Positions 22,991 to 35,732 are shown, counted from the first letter of the stretch. The stretch is 64,000 nucleotides of DNA from Fistulifera solaris (GCA_030295235.1 AP026149.1:620001-684000), one strand, 5' to 3'. Notes: generated by a model from the sequence alone, not told the origin. Numbers and translations are program-made.

Positions 22991-25386
22991 TCACGACCGA
23001 CCTCTTTCTCGGAGCACCATGTGGCACGAGCCATCAGGCTGTGAGGCTAAACCATGAAGCTCCTGGATAATAAAAGGCTCTTCGCCATTTCGAAAGTATT
23101 CAATGTCCTTTATTGAGTCGTCACCTGGGGGAAATACCACTAGCGCGTTTCGCCCTTCCTGGGTTGGCATGGATATCACGAATGAGCCTAGGGCCAAACA
23201 GAATTTGTTTGGTTTTTTCAATATGCAGTTGGTCCGGCGATGCTGGGGGATTAGTCTAGTTGTACACCGCGCTCGTAACATAAGTGCGTCGTCTAATCCG
23301 GTGGACTGTATTTGACCGCTCAGTCGCTGCTTGAACAATCCTTGGGCTTTCGGGGGGACGCACTCGGCAAGAAATCTTTTATGAACTGCAGGGACGGTGG
23401 AAGCAAATTGGACAAAGGATGTCATCGTATAGGCGGAGATGATCCAATTCGTGTCTGCTAGTAAGGAGTAAAAGGTCTTGGCAAGCTTTTGCAACTGCGT
23501 TGAAGGCGTATCCTCCGTTATCGCTTGTCCAATAACGCCCAGCACTTGAATTCTTTCAAGCTCTAAAGGAGATACTTTTTCAGCTACCGAGTTCTCACAC
23601 ATTTCTATAACACGACACAGTCGCACTAAATCGGCCGTAGTTGGACGATTTTCTTTCTCTATGCTTTCACGAATTCGTCGCAAAATGAGGATGCCCAAAT
23701 CTGCAAAGCTCCGTCCTTGATTATCTATTTGATGGCCACGTTGAAGAAAAAGCTCAATGAGAGAATGGAGACCGTTTGTCATAACCGAAGCTCTGATTGC
23801 CGACTGGTGAAACTGATTGGATTCCGCAGGTAATTGGGCGTGGTCGTCAGGTAGGGTGGCAACAAGCCTGGTCAAAGTTGCAATATCCCCTAATCGAAAT
23901 GTCTGATGCGTCTGGTGCTTTGACAGCTTTCTTTTCGGTGCATGGACTTGAGTATAGAATTACGTGCAACCACGAGCAAGGACTTGACCTTGTCTCGAAA
24001 TTGCGATTGAAGCATGCGGCTTAGACAATTCGATATCCCAAACCTAAGCTCCATAGATGTCCTTCCGTCCGTCGAGAGCTTGACAAGTAGGGAAAGAAAG
24101 GAGCTGCTTTGCTCATAGCAGCATTGTTCGATTGTAAACAGTTGTGTAATGGAAGTCAACAGTTCCCTTGTGAATGGATGTACGTCACTCAGAGACAGCC
24201 ATCGTATTAGCAGAAAGTGGAATGCAGTTCTTTCCAACAGCAGACTTTGGTCGCACACTATCAACACGTCGACGATGGTGGTGATCGACTGTGACAAAAG
24301 ACATTGAAAAGCAGGTGATGCTGTACTCCACTCTCTGGGTAGCAGATCAAACACCAATTCTTCTATGAGCATCAGTATGGTTTCGATGTCCTGTTGGGAT
24401 CGCTGCGAATCGTTGGCAATGACTCGTTCCACGACTTCCAGTATTGTCACGGATCGCCCTTGAACGAAAGCAAGATCTAGCGATTTGTGGACCTCTCGCG
24501 TTGACGTTTCCATCAAAAGCTTGAGCACAGTTGCACAGCCGTCTTGCTGCCGCTTTGCCAGCCACGTGGATACACACTTTTCGGTCTTTGTGGCCACTTG
24601 GTCCACGCCCTGCTGCAAGGATTTGTCTCCGGTTTGAATCACCGCCATTTTCAATCCTCGTAATATATAAGTGGTCTGGAGGAATCGCTCCGACAGCGAT
24701 CCGTGCAAGTCACATCCTATTGTGAGAAGAACACTGAGACGTCCGACCAGAAACGTCAAGACTTTGATGAAGAATATCTGTTTAGTTACATCAGGCGCTG
24801 TCGGTAGCGACATGAATCCATCATTTATGAGATCCAGCAAATACTTTGTGGCCATCTGTGACAATTCTGGAGGTAGCAACCCTAAAGCTTTTGCCAAATC
24901 GCTGATACCTTTCCACACAGGCGATAATAGGAAGGGCTTCCGTGTCACGTAATGGTTGAGACGCAGCAGTGACCCGATGGCAAATAAACCAAGCTGTTGC
25001 TTCTGATGATTCGCAGTTTCCGCTAAATCGCCGTTATACGCAAGATTGACGTTAGAGCAAACAGCTACGGGGGTATTCGCAAGAATGGCTTGGAGAAGCT
25101 GGACGATTCGTTGGTTGTTGTCATTTTTCTCGAGCAAATATTGCAGGAAGCGAAAGACTGTAGCGAGTCGAGTCAACATTTCAAGCGTTTCTCCTGTCTG
25201 ATTCAAAGTAGGAAGGAGATATTCAATTACTTGTTGATAAGAATCGTCTACTTCTTGATCGGTAAGCATCATTGCCTTTCGAACTTCCGGACAAGGAACG
25301 GCTTTCGAACGTAAGCATTCCTTCACGGTGCGCTTGTCGCCCCAGTCTCGACGTAAAGTTTTGAGCAACGTAGAAACGTCGTGCAT
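22991..25386 (-). CDS. Large alpha-helical protein, possibly FIRRM/FLIP (C1orf112)-like
   Basis: Two long ORFs (498 + 294 aa) joined by an apparent frameshift near 23.9 kb; WKGISDL and NWIISAYTMTSFVQFA resemble FIRRM/FLIP from recall only; gene well supported, name weak. Confidence 0.5.
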
Positions 25387-25684
25387 TTCGTATCCTTTTG
25401 ACTTGAGTAACTAAGATGAAATCGCATAACGTCTGATTGTACGAAGAGCTCTTAATTTATGTTGACCAAGAGATCCTCATTGTCAAAGTAAGGTGTCGTA
25501 TTCGTAGCGTCGAAAAATGACACGGATGAGATGCAAAGTTGAATGCCGGTACGATACATTGGAATGCGAAATCGAACCATCTACCAGTTACCACTACAAC
25601 GTATGTATGTCAATGCAATTAGTGAGTATGCCATTCAATCCGAAAAGATTTCCAAAATTCTTACTGTACTATTTATTGCTCAAA

Positions 25685-28600
25685 CTAGGTTGGCAACGCT
25701 CGACCAAGAATCCCTAGGCTACCGGTGGAACCGCGGATTTCGGTCAAATCATCGTCTTCTAAGCTGCCCTTTCGCGAGCCGCAGAATAAAATGGCAGCAG
25801 ACGCCAGAAGTAACGGCAGCCATAACAGTATTCCGAGACCTTCCATAAAATGAATATTGTAGCGCACAGGAAAGTTGTCTTCATAGACAAGACCATGTGA
25901 AGTACGCAGTACCACCGACAGACTGTAAAACCCTGGTCCATATCGAATGTAAACGCGCTCTGTGTAGACACCAGATTGATTGTATTCACCGCGCCACAAT
26001 GCACGCTTCGAAGAAGTACCATCACGGATCTCTACCTTGTACACACGACGAATCGGTTCGTTGTGAATGTTGGGTCGGTTGTCAAAGATTTCGAACGTGA
26101 CCGGAACGTAGATACCGAGAATGTCCATGAAGCCGCGGCTAACATCATGCACAAAAATACCCTGCGATGCAGAATAGCCGTGCGCATGCGCATTTTCTCG
26201 ACCACGCAATTCACCGTGCGTCCACGTATTCAATGCGTGCCATGGTGAGTTGGATTCGAGGGTTATGATTTTCCCCGTGGAAGTAGCAACGACAAGATCG
26301 AGTCGGCCCGTTCCGTGTACGTCGTCCGCTTGAACCATGGCCGTCACCTGATCTCCAACAGCAACGGATTGTGTGCATCCGGAACCACCCTCGATTATAT
26401 ACAACTGGTCACGAAACGGCTGAACGATATGCAACCCCGGGGCTGAACCACCGGAAGGTGCGTGAGACCAAGTCTTTGACTTGGGTCTCCATTGGCCGCC
26501 ATTGCGTCGAATGTACTTTTCAATGTGACTCTGATCACCGTGAAGATCTATTAGCAGGGGTTGGGCTATTCTTCGATGGACGTCGCCAACAAACTCCTTT
26601 TCGCCCTCTTTGGTAAGTTTCTCTAGCTCCATTGGAAAGTGACTCAGACTTTCGCCTGTTGCAGCATTGAATGCTAAAACAAACCCTAAGCCCTCGATAT
26701 CGATAGACATCACCACATCCAAAACCCCATCACCGTTAACATCTCCGAGTGAAAGTGGACTTGAGGCAGCTATCTCTTCCCATTCGTTAAGCTGCAGAGC
26801 ATCGATTATACTTCGATGCCATATTAACTTGGCTTGTGATGTAAAGCAGGCAACATTCCCTCCTATATCTGCAACGAACACTTCCAAGTTCGTGTCCCCG
26901 GTAACATCTTCAACGAGAATTCTCGATTCAACAGGTCTGGGCATCTGAATTGGCCAGTGGTCTCGTTTAAACATATGGCGTGCATCAAAAGCATAAACCA
27001 TGCCCATACTCGTTCCAATAAGGACTTCCATTGAGTTATCACCGTTAAGATCAGCAACGGTAGGAGTGCCAAGAGCAAAGGCTCCCATTTTAGAATGATC
27101 CGCCATTACCTGTATCTCATCCACAAGAGTGGCGTTTTCGGGAGCTGTGAAATCAGTGCTCAAATCTAAATGTGTTTGACCAGTCCAACGGGTAGAATCA
27201 CCAAGCACGAGTGCTATCAGTGCACTTGCAACATAGCTGCCCCGTCTCGCTTCTGTCTGATCTCCTAAATCCTCGTGTTCGAATCGCTTGTACGAAAAGA
27301 ACCCCTCATGCTCGTCTTCATCAAAGTAATACGAAACAGGAATGAATAAAACATCGTCCATCTCTTTCTTGTCAGTGTAGGCTCTCGGGATTTCGACCAA
27401 AACCGGGTCGGCGAGGACATGCGGTGGTAGTCGAATATAGTTACTGGCATCGTAATATTCATCATGTGCCGGGTCATGACCATAATAATCATCGTACGCC
27501 CCGTGATAGCGCCCGTAGTCAGGATCATCTACATCCGCGGCGTATTCATCCGTCCCGGGCAACTCTTCACTTCCGGCAGCATCATCGTCTCGCGTGAAAA
27601 ACGCATCGTCGATGGCACCATCCTGTCGTACTTCGTCTTCTGCACCACTTCCACCTTTGTCTTCGCTGCTATCTGCCGCATGCTCGTCGAATTTCAAATC
27701 ATGATGATCTTCTCTGATTCGGTCTTCGTTGCCGTGTGCTTCCGTATCTCCATTTCCATGTAGTTTGTCAACAGCTATATTTAGATCAGTCACGTGATCA
27801 AGAAAGTGAATATCCGCTCCGTCGACTTCCCATTCTTTTGGATGTCCATTGGCGTCTTGCCGTGACATGTACTTTCCTGCATCATTGGAGGCGTTGGTAT
27901 CTAAATTGCCCTGGCGGAGACTTTCTTCAGATTCATGTGCGTCAGAATTCTCCTGAATTTCTCTATGCCGTTCTTCGTTGTCGAGTCGATGTTGCTCTTC
28001 CAGTCGTCTCTCATCATCTCCATAGATACGTCTCCGCCGTCGACTCTCTTCTGCATCTTCTTCAACTTCTTCTACGTCGCTGCCCTCCTTATCAGTATAA
28101 GATTTCTGGTCACTTTTTGTATTTTCCGACCGACGACTCCGTCGTTTCATCAAAGCATCGACTTGTTCGGACTCTTGATGAATCATATTTGCCGTTACTC
28201 CGCGTAACAATTCCTCTTTGATCGGTCCATTTCCACTATAAAAATATTCAAAGTAGGAATGATACGGATCGTGCGGTTTACTTCCTCCTCGTTTGGAGGG
28301 TGTTTGATCTGCGTCTCCTTCTTCATTGACAGTGCGATGGAGTATTTCATCGATCCGACCTTGCATCCATTCGCGTCGTACAAACAGACGAGGAATCTGT
28401 GTATGATGCAGATAGCGCTCGGGGTTGGCGATCAATCCAGTCACCGAAATTCCTCCATCGTAATCTACAACAATCGCATCTTGTATACCATCGCCATTGA
28501 CATCGTGTACGATGGGTGAAGTATGAAAGGAACTGCTTTCCAGTAAAAGAGGAAAGTCGGCCGATTGCATCAATGCTTCCGTAATGGTTTGACCGGGCGT

Positions 28601-29017
28601 TTCCAGTAATGCCGGTGTCAATACATCTAAATGTTCATATTGTGTCGTATAAATGACTTGTCGACCCAATCCTTGTGCGGGATAAATGGTATGAAGGCCA
28701 GGTGGATGTCGAATCGCCAAGGCAGGGCCATGCGCGGAATGGGGGCGTTGGGAATATCCAAGCGAGAATTGCAGAGGACACTGTTCTTTGGGAATGTTTT
28801 TGTATGATGTGATTTTATTACTAGCATCTAAATGCTTGGATATAGTCGTCGTCCAATCGATGCGATGCTCTAAATCTTGATCGTAAGGAGACGTTCGGTA
28901 AGCAATGTACGGCTTCGACGACGGATTCGCTTTTACTGTCAGCGACGGAGCGAGACAGAGAAGGAGAAGAAAGGTATTTGAGTGTGTCATTGTAATTGTT
29001 TTGACGTTAAGAGTCAT
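25685..29017 (-). CDS. DEX1-like FG-GAP repeat membrane protein
   Basis: Signal peptide; repeated DVNGDG/DLNGDN/DVHGTG calcium-binding FG-GAP motifs; LPPHVLADPV; C-terminal TM LLWLPLLLASAAILF. Confidence 0.85.
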   Translation of the reverse strand: MTLNVKTITMTHSNTFLLLLCLAPSLTVKANPSSKPYIAYRTSPYDQDLEHRIDWTTTISKHLDASNKITSYKNIPKEQCPLQFSLGYSQRPHSAHGPALAIRHPPGLHTIYPAQGLGRQVIYTTQYEHLDVLTPALLETPGQTITEALMQSADFPLLLESSSFHTSPIVHDVNGDGIQDAIVVDYDGGISVTGLIANPERYLHHTQIPRLFVRREWMQGRIDEILHRTVNEEGDADQTPSKRGGSKPHDPYHSYFEYFYSGNGPIKEELLRGVTANMIHQESEQVDALMKRRSRRSENTKSDQKSYTDKEGSDVEEVEEDAEESRRRRRIYGDDERRLEEQHRLDNEERHREIQENSDAHESEESLRQGNLDTNASNDAGKYMSRQDANGHPKEWEVDGADIHFLDHVTDLNIAVDKLHGNGDTEAHGNEDRIREDHHDLKFDEHAADSSEDKGGSGAEDEVRQDGAIDDAFFTRDDDAAGSEELPGTDEYAADVDDPDYGRYHGAYDDYYGHDPAHDEYYDASNYIRLPPHVLADPVLVEIPRAYTDKKEMDDVLFIPVSYYFDEDEHEGFFSYKRFEHEDLGDQTEARRGSYVASALIALVLGDSTRWTGQTHLDLSTDFTAPENATLVDEIQVMADHSKMGAFALGTPTVADLNGDNSMEVLIGTSMGMVYAFDARHMFKRDHWPIQMPRPVESRILVEDVTGDTNLEVFVADIGGNVACFTSQAKLIWHRSIIDALQLNEWEEIAASSPLSLGDVNGDGVLDVVMSIDIEGLGFVLAFNAATGESLSHFPMELEKLTKEGEKEFVGDVHRRIAQPLLIDLHGDQSHIEKYIRRNGGQWRPKSKTWSHAPSGGSAPGLHIVQPFRDQLYIIEGGSGCTQSVAVGDQVTAMVQADDVHGTGRLDLVVATSTGKIITLESNSPWHALNTWTHGELRGRENAHAHGYSASQGIFVHDVSRGFMDILGIYVPVTFEIFDNRPNIHNEPIRRVYKVEIRDGTSSKRALWRGEYNQSGVYTERVYIRYGPGFYSLSVVLRTSHGLVYEDNFPVRYNIHFMEGLGILLWLPLLLASAAILFCGSRKGSLEDDDLTEIRGSTGSLGILGRALPT

Positions 29018-29420
29018 GCCAGAGTGAGGTGTAAATGAGTTGTAAGAAGTACGGAGTAAGAAGTAAGGATGCGTTTTGTTGTTGATGATCGTAGTCGTCC
29101 AGGGTCCAGGTTGATTAATTCCTTTACACCGATAGGGTTAAAGATCACATCCTCGCCTGTCAGTGGTACGAACTCAGTGTCCTTTGGGGTTCGGGGGAGC
29201 AGCTGGCGGTCCGAAATGAGTATAGAAAAAAGTGTACCAGCTACTGTATCACGGACACACAATCAAAACTCATCGATACTAGGAAGTTTCGCCTTGGCTT
29301 CGCTGCAGCCGTCCATGCAACGATGACAATGATACGTACACAAGCTGATTGCAATAGAAACATTATCCGCCTTGCCTTCTTTGTATCCATAACTCGCAAC
29401 TCACAAATCAACAAATAATC

Positions 29421-30864
29421 ATGTCGAATCATCCCGAGTGGGCCCTCGTGTGGTCGCGCAAACTAACGACGTCCGAAACCGAAACACTGCAACACAAACT
29501 ACGTCCGCTCTTTGCGCAAGGAGACGAAGAAGACATTCAGGATATTATTGATTACGCCATTACCGTCATTTCCAATCAGAAAGATATTCATTATATGGTA
29601 GAAGAAGTAGCGGGGATGGAATTGGAATTTTGTCCTCCCGAAGTGGCGCAGCAAATGGGGAAACATGTTTACGACTATTTGCACGAGTTGCAAACCCTGG
29701 AAACGGAGAAAGAAGGCAGGCCCAACACTAGTACTCCTACTTCCGCCCCTGAAAAGTCACACGTCGTTTCACTCCAAGTCGAGTAAAGGCAATGCATTGA
29801 CCATGTCGGGAGCACTTGGGGCATCGCGAGAAGGAGGACGTGCGAAGAGCAATTCGACACAGGGAGCCTTGACTTCGTCACGAGACCGCAACGACAAAGA
29901 TAAGAAACCACCCAACCGCAATAAGGAAACGGATAAAGGTGGCCGAGGAGAACGACGAGATGGCAAAGGACTCGCTTTTGATCGTTTGGTCGCAAAACGG
30001 AATGCTTCAAGAAATAGACAAAGCAATGGCGAGGAACACGCTAATCCGAGAGGTCGAGGTGATATGAGAAGCAATGACGGCGGAGGAAGAAGAAGCGGAC
30101 CGCGGGATGGACGAGGAGGACGTGGAGCAGGAAGGAACGAGCGAGATTCCAGAGGACGCGGCGAAAGAGAACACCGAGGTGGTCGAGAGCACGGAGGACG
30201 CGAACATAGAGAACATGCAGGACGCGGTGAAAGACAACACGGAGGACGTGGTGAAAGAGATATAGAAGATCGCGGAGGCCGCGGAGGACGTGGTGCTAAA
30301 GGAGGAAGAGATTTTAGAGGAGGACGGAACGATGAATACGACGGTCGAGGACGGCACTCTGGTGCTCGTCGAAAACAAGACGAAGAAGGCTTTGAGGATC
30401 CCGGCGTCAGCAAACGAGTCCGAAGAGAGGAGCACAATCAGTCGGAAAACTATAATGGCGGATACACCGAAGGCTACGATGAAAGTTACGAACAAGCGCC
30501 TCACAGTGGGTACAAGCAGGCGCCTTGGCAGAGTCCGGCGTTTCGCGGCCGAGGACGCGGTCGTGGGGGACGGTTTGGTCGTGGCACTCCCGGTCGTGGG
30601 ACCTTTGGGAATGAATCATATACGGAGAACAGTGGCGTTGATCCTGAGGCTGTCGCCGTCAATCCTTCTCCCATGGTCGCCGACACATTTGGTCGAGGCT
30701 TTGCCGGACGAAGTAGTTATCGAGGACGAGGGTTTTATGCCCCCGCTTATGATCAGGTGAAAAACATGATGAAGGCTAAGACTTGGGTTCGCAAAAAGGA
30801 AGGCGAAGATAGTACGAATAACGGAGAAAACGGCGGCAGTGGCGCTGGCGATGAGCAGGGGTGA
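29421..30864 (+). CDS. PWI-like N-terminal domain + RGG-rich RNA-binding protein
   Basis: DEEDIQDIIDYAITVISNQKDIHYMVEEV resembles PWI/Nab2-N; long RGG/GGRG tracts; 1-nt frameshift near 29774. Confidence 0.65.
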
Positions 30865-31322
30865 ATGAAGTTGCTAAGACGTACAAGTATTTGAAAAGAA
30901 AGATAATAACGCTGTGGAAACACACACAAAGAAGAAATTAAAGGATGAAAATGTGTACTGAAAATACCAATTTTTTGAATAAAACACATAGCAAAACGGA
31001 GGTCGGGGGAATCAAGTAGACGCAAGCTTGAACAGACGCCGGCGATCGATTCGATGCGACAAGAAGCAGAATGTACAAGGAAACAATCCGAATTTTCCGA
31101 TTTGGCTTGTTAAGGCCTTCTAGAGATCAATTCTACTGCCTGCATTGCGCTTTGCATTTTGCGACGACGACGGGATTGTTCAAACATGAATATATGATGC
31201 GGCTATCTCTTTTCATTGCTGACCACTTCATGATACAAAACCGGTCATTGTGTATAGAATAGACTGATCGAATGCCGGTCTAAGCCTAAAAGTTAAAGAT
31301 CAATCATTTCATCGTAACGAAT

Positions 31323-32490
31323 CTACTCTTGCAATTCCACTACCATATTGAGTAGGAGTGGCAGTAAGACGGGGATCATCTCCTGCACGCCTTTGGGGTT
31401 TCCAGGTAAATTCGCCACAACGGTGGAAGTACCCAAAATACCCGCAGTTCCTCTCGACAAACTTGCCAACGGCTGCAGACGCGAACACTCCGTCGTGACA
31501 AACGCCATGAGACCGGGCAATTCCGTGTCGAGAACTCGCTTCGTAGCTTCCGGAGTGACGTCGCGTGAACTGAATCCAGTTCCCCCCTGTCGTCAAGATT
31601 AAATGAACTTGATCTTTCCAGCTGTTCAAATGCGCTTGAATGCGCTCCGTGTCGTCTGGTACAATGGCTGATGTCACTTCACAAAGGCTATTGTTTTGTA
31701 ATACTTCTTGCACCGCTTCGACCACCGCTGGTCCCGACAAATCACCCGTCACATAGGTACCTTGACTCGCTCGATCACTCACCGTTAGAACTGCCACATG
31801 CAGTGGTTCGGGTAAATACTGAAAGGGAATGGGTGGTGGAATAAAGGGAGGAATGGTTCGATCTTCAGGTTGAGGTGCGGTTGATGCTTGTTTTGGTTGT
31901 TGTGGTGGTGTCAATGGAGGACCTGATTTACTTTCATCGACATCTTGACAACAAACATTCGACGCTAGCGGCATGTCACGTTTTTCTAATAGTGCCGTGT
32001 CGTGCTGGGCATGCAAAGCAGCGCTAGCTCCATATTTCTGCATTTGTTCCTCCGTCGCTTTTCGTTGATGTCGTTTCTTCCATTCGTCATAGGATATTCC
32101 GTAGACATGTTCGGCGGCTTCCGCGTATCCCATTTGATTCAATGCTTGTACCGTATCCGGTGACAAATGGCGAGATGTGTCGTCGACCATTTGTCGTGCG
32201 CTCTTGACCATCCACTGTTTGCGAGAGGAAATAATGAGTCATGTACAAAGTGAAGAAGTCAGCAACACGTGCACCTTCTGTTAATGAGAACAGATCGAAT
32301 GAGAACTTACTTTGGCTAAACAATTACGACAAAAGCCAGAAAGTGTCATGAGATCCAAATTTTGTACGGAATCAGAACGCTCTTGCAAATGATGACAAAG
32401 ACTTTGAAAGGCTCCAGCTTCCAATTCTTGTAGCACCGAAGAAGGGAGCTTTTGTGCGCAATAAGACGAAATAGGTGAAGCAGAAGTCAT
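31323..32490 (-). CDS. DUF1244 domain fused to molybdopterin adenylyltransferase (MogA/Cnx1G)
   Basis: ELEAGAF...VQNLDLMTLSGFCRNCLAKW...VYGISYDEWK (DUF1244); VLTVSDRAS, DLSGP, IVPDD, TTGGTGFSSRDVTPEAT, SRGTAG, NLPGNPKGV (MoCF_biosynth); intron 32215-32310; extra G in homopolymer near 31585. Confidence 0.87.
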
Positions 32491-32612
32491 TTTCGATACA
32501 GAAAAATAGCATGGAAATTAGGATGAGAATAACAAAATGATGCTTGCTCACTCCGTCAAACGAAAAATCGAAAAATGAAACAAAAAGGTCGCGTCGCTGC
32601 GACCTGCTAAAA

Positions 32613-32655
32613 GGTACCGGTACAAGTACCGGTACCGGTACCAGGTACCTGGTAC
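32613..32655. promoter_or_regulatory. Cluster of GGTACC / TACC(W)GGTA palindromes in a divergent intergenic region
   Basis: ggtaccggtacaagtaccggtaccggtaccaggtacctggtac; the same motif recurs in other intergenic regions; regulatory role is inference. Confidence 0.45.
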
Positions 32656-32952
32656 GGAGTATAATTATTAAATTTGTTGTGCCTCGGAAACCGGAAATAG
32701 CAACTATGATTCAAAGTGTAAGCAACCTTTTGCCCTGACTGAATTTAAGTCAGTCACGAGCGCCTTGATTCCCGACACGAATGGTTTTCAGTCCCGGCAA
32801 ATCTTTCGTTTTTTGCAACCAAACAATAATTTCCCGCGTATTATTGAAGAATACCCCGGACTAATGACGATGATGACGCCCCGACCCCGCACACTCCGTG
32901 TAGTTTTTACTTGTGTTGGTTCTTTGAAGATCCAAATTTGTCAACGAGAAGA

Positions 32953-32989
32953 ATGTATGGGGGACTTTTTGGGGACTTGCCTCCTACGA

Positions 32990-33020
<31 letters not shown>

Positions 33021-33829
33021 AAAAGGGGGCAATGTGAATCAGACACCGACGAAGGCTGCACCTAGAAGTAGAGACAGCACCGACAACAAGACGAATGAGA
33101 GTGCTGCGAAAAAGTCACAGATTTGTCGAAACAAAGAAAGAGCCGCCCTCGGTGGTCGGTCACTGGGGTACTTCTGGTACAGCGGTAGCATTTATTCCGG
33201 CGGCAGCGCGTAGAAAAAATCTCAAACGACCTGCTGCGTCTTTGTCGAGCCATACAAAGAGCACAAAAGAAAGTTGTTCTACAACAGCTGTAGCTTCATC
33301 TTTGCCAGAAGTCGCGACCGCATCGAATGTGAACGTTCTGTTATCTGTGTCGTGTCCGTCTGAAATTGCACAACGTCAACCAGACGACAAAGAAGTAGAG
33401 AAAACTGAAACCAATTTCATGGCTTCATTTACTTCGGTTCCACTTGGTACGGAAGAAATTTTAGAGAATGATGACAATCATGACGAACAAATCAAGGAAA
33501 CCTACAGTTCTACGCCTTTTTCCACAGATCAACACACACATCGATCGGATCGTTACGATCCTTTCCTACCAAACGATTTGTTGGAATACTGGGAACGAAA
33601 GGCGGTGGAGGAAATGTGGCGTGCGCAGGCACAAGCCGAACAACAACTGCTTCTCAATCGCGAACAAGCAGAGCAGCTGCGGGGGAAACAAGAGGAAGAA
33701 ATGCGGCTGAACAAATCAGAGCAACTGCCTCGGGGTCGAGGACGAGGAGGGCTTTCCAATTTGCCGGCGTGGATGGTGGAACAACAACGGCGACAAGACG
33801 CGCTCGGATCGGCTTCGAATGGACGATAA
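32953..33829 (+). CDS. SPF45/DRT111-like N-terminal-region protein
   Basis: MYGGLFGDLPP, YDPFLPNDLLEY and GRGRGGLSNLPAWM motifs; poly-Q from (CAG)n at ~32994-33018; frameshift near 33110. Confidence 0.55.
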
Positions 33830-34360
33830 AGGATAACAAATCTTACAAAGTTGCTCTGGTCGCTTACGATTCTAGCGGTCGGTATTGACGACAACTTTGT
33901 TTGGAAGCCGCGTTCTTGACGTTTTTTCGCTTTCTTTCACCATCGCGAGGTACAATTGTAATTTGGTCAGCCACTAGTCGGAAGTTGAAGCTATTATCTT
34001 GATAACTAATCCCTCATCGGTTCCCGGTTACAATGCGAAAGCTCGGCTTATTCTTGTATTTTAAAATCAGGAGAAGCCAACATAAGGACGGGCATCAGGC
34101 AATCAACTTATCAAACGCACGATGTTGGAAAGCATTTATCAGTATCAAAAGCTTCATGCCCATTTGAAATTAGAAATAGAATGAATTTTATTCGTTTGGA
34201 TAACAAAGGATAATTATGGTGGTTGTGCTACCTGTAAGGAAGGCTTTTTACAAGTAGTGAGAAAAACTCGAGACTAAAGCGTCGTATCCAAAATTACTAC
34301 CTCTAGAGAATTATTGCCATCTAAAAAATGCATACATTCGATTTATGCTAAGGACCTCAA

Positions 34361-35472
34361 TCACACAAAAAAACCAGTTACATGTTTTCCAAGCCCGATC
34401 GTGAAGCCTTTTTGACATGGCTGGATCCTAGCTCTCCATTTCGATTGTGTAGGTGATTCGTCTTCACTACGTTCATCTAACTCTGCAAATTGAACCAGTT
34501 CGCACAAAGCGTCAACGCGATAAGACAATAAAAGAACCGAGCGCCGAGAATTCCCCAATGCGCTTTCCGTCACGGTAATCATCAACCATTTACGCTCAAA
34601 TGACAGCTTTACACAAGCTCCGCCGAGAAAATAGAGATCATCAATCATGGGGCGGTCTTCATTAGTCAAAGTGACGTTGCTATTATGAGAAAAAACCGCG
34701 GAACGTAGGAATAATAGGGTCCGAAAAATTCAAGAAGCGAAGTCTCTTTTGGTTATTTGACCTTAGAGAACTTTTCCCACGTATCTTGTTCAGCACCTTG
34801 TGGCCATGGTCAAACAGATCGAGCAGCGTCAAGCCAGCGTTTGCATGTGTGACATGGAAGATTTCTTCCATGACAGGATTAGGTATAACCAACCTGTGCG
34901 ATGGACAGGAGAACCTTGCTTGTAATTCCTCAAAATGGCCAAGTGCAGCCAAAACGCCGCCAGAACAGCTGCCCGCCTATATCGAGAGAAATTTTGCTGG
35001 TCACAATATTTAGATTCTCGAAGTTAGCTTTCAAGAGCGACGGCGACGAAAAGATATCATAAAGTACGTGACGATCAACTTTTGCAACAAACGGCAACAG
35101 AGCAAGACCATCACGCATGGAATGTACTACCAAGTGATTGATCGTGTCAACTCGAAAAAGCCGTTGTAAATTATCCTTGCTGATTTCAGTACTCTCTGAA
35201 AGCGACAACGAGCCGAATGATAACTGATGTCTCTCAACCGCATCGACGAACTCGGAAGACGTGACGTTGGTAAGAAAACCGTTGTCTCGCCATATTGTCA
35301 TGCGGTCATCGCACAAACACCAGTGCAACTCATCCAGACTCGCGGGTTTTCAGCGAAGTTTATTGATTAGCTCGTCTCCTCCGTTCTGCCATCGAGAGAC
35401 TTGCTCTGTCGTGCTAAGCGAGGGAGAAATAAGCTCAAGCAGGGGATCGATGTCTTGTTCTTCGTGTGGCAA
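34361..35472 (-). pseudogene. Decayed 'PLLELI' family gene (RNI/LRR-like C-terminal part)
   Basis: IDPLLELISP...INKLR*KPASLDELHW...MTIWRDNG; downstream LQRLF, LALLPF, LRSNNQKRLRFL and ALGNSRR segments broken by stops and frameshifts; TTG at the expected start. Confidence 0.6.
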
Positions 35473-35732
35473 TTTAAGAGAAGATATTGAAAACAAAAGC
35501 AAAAGTGTTTAACTTGATGCGAAATGAAATGGGAATACGCAGAAATGAGGGAGCGAACACTCGTCCCCTTTTTTGGTGGGAAGAAACGACGTTTTGCATC
35601 ACCTTCTCACAATTTTGTCGTTGTATCATACGTTGCCGTACACGCGTGCATCGTAGATAAATCCACTCCATATCTCTACCGTGTCGACCAGTTGTGAGAG
35701 CAGACGTGTCTCGCAAACCATTCATACGCTTC

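Noticed and set aside
32613..32655. Repeat cluster as a CRISPR array or cloning polylinker (KpnI/AgeI sites)
   Set aside because: No spacers or cas genes, eukaryotic context, and the motif recurs naturally at many intergenic sites
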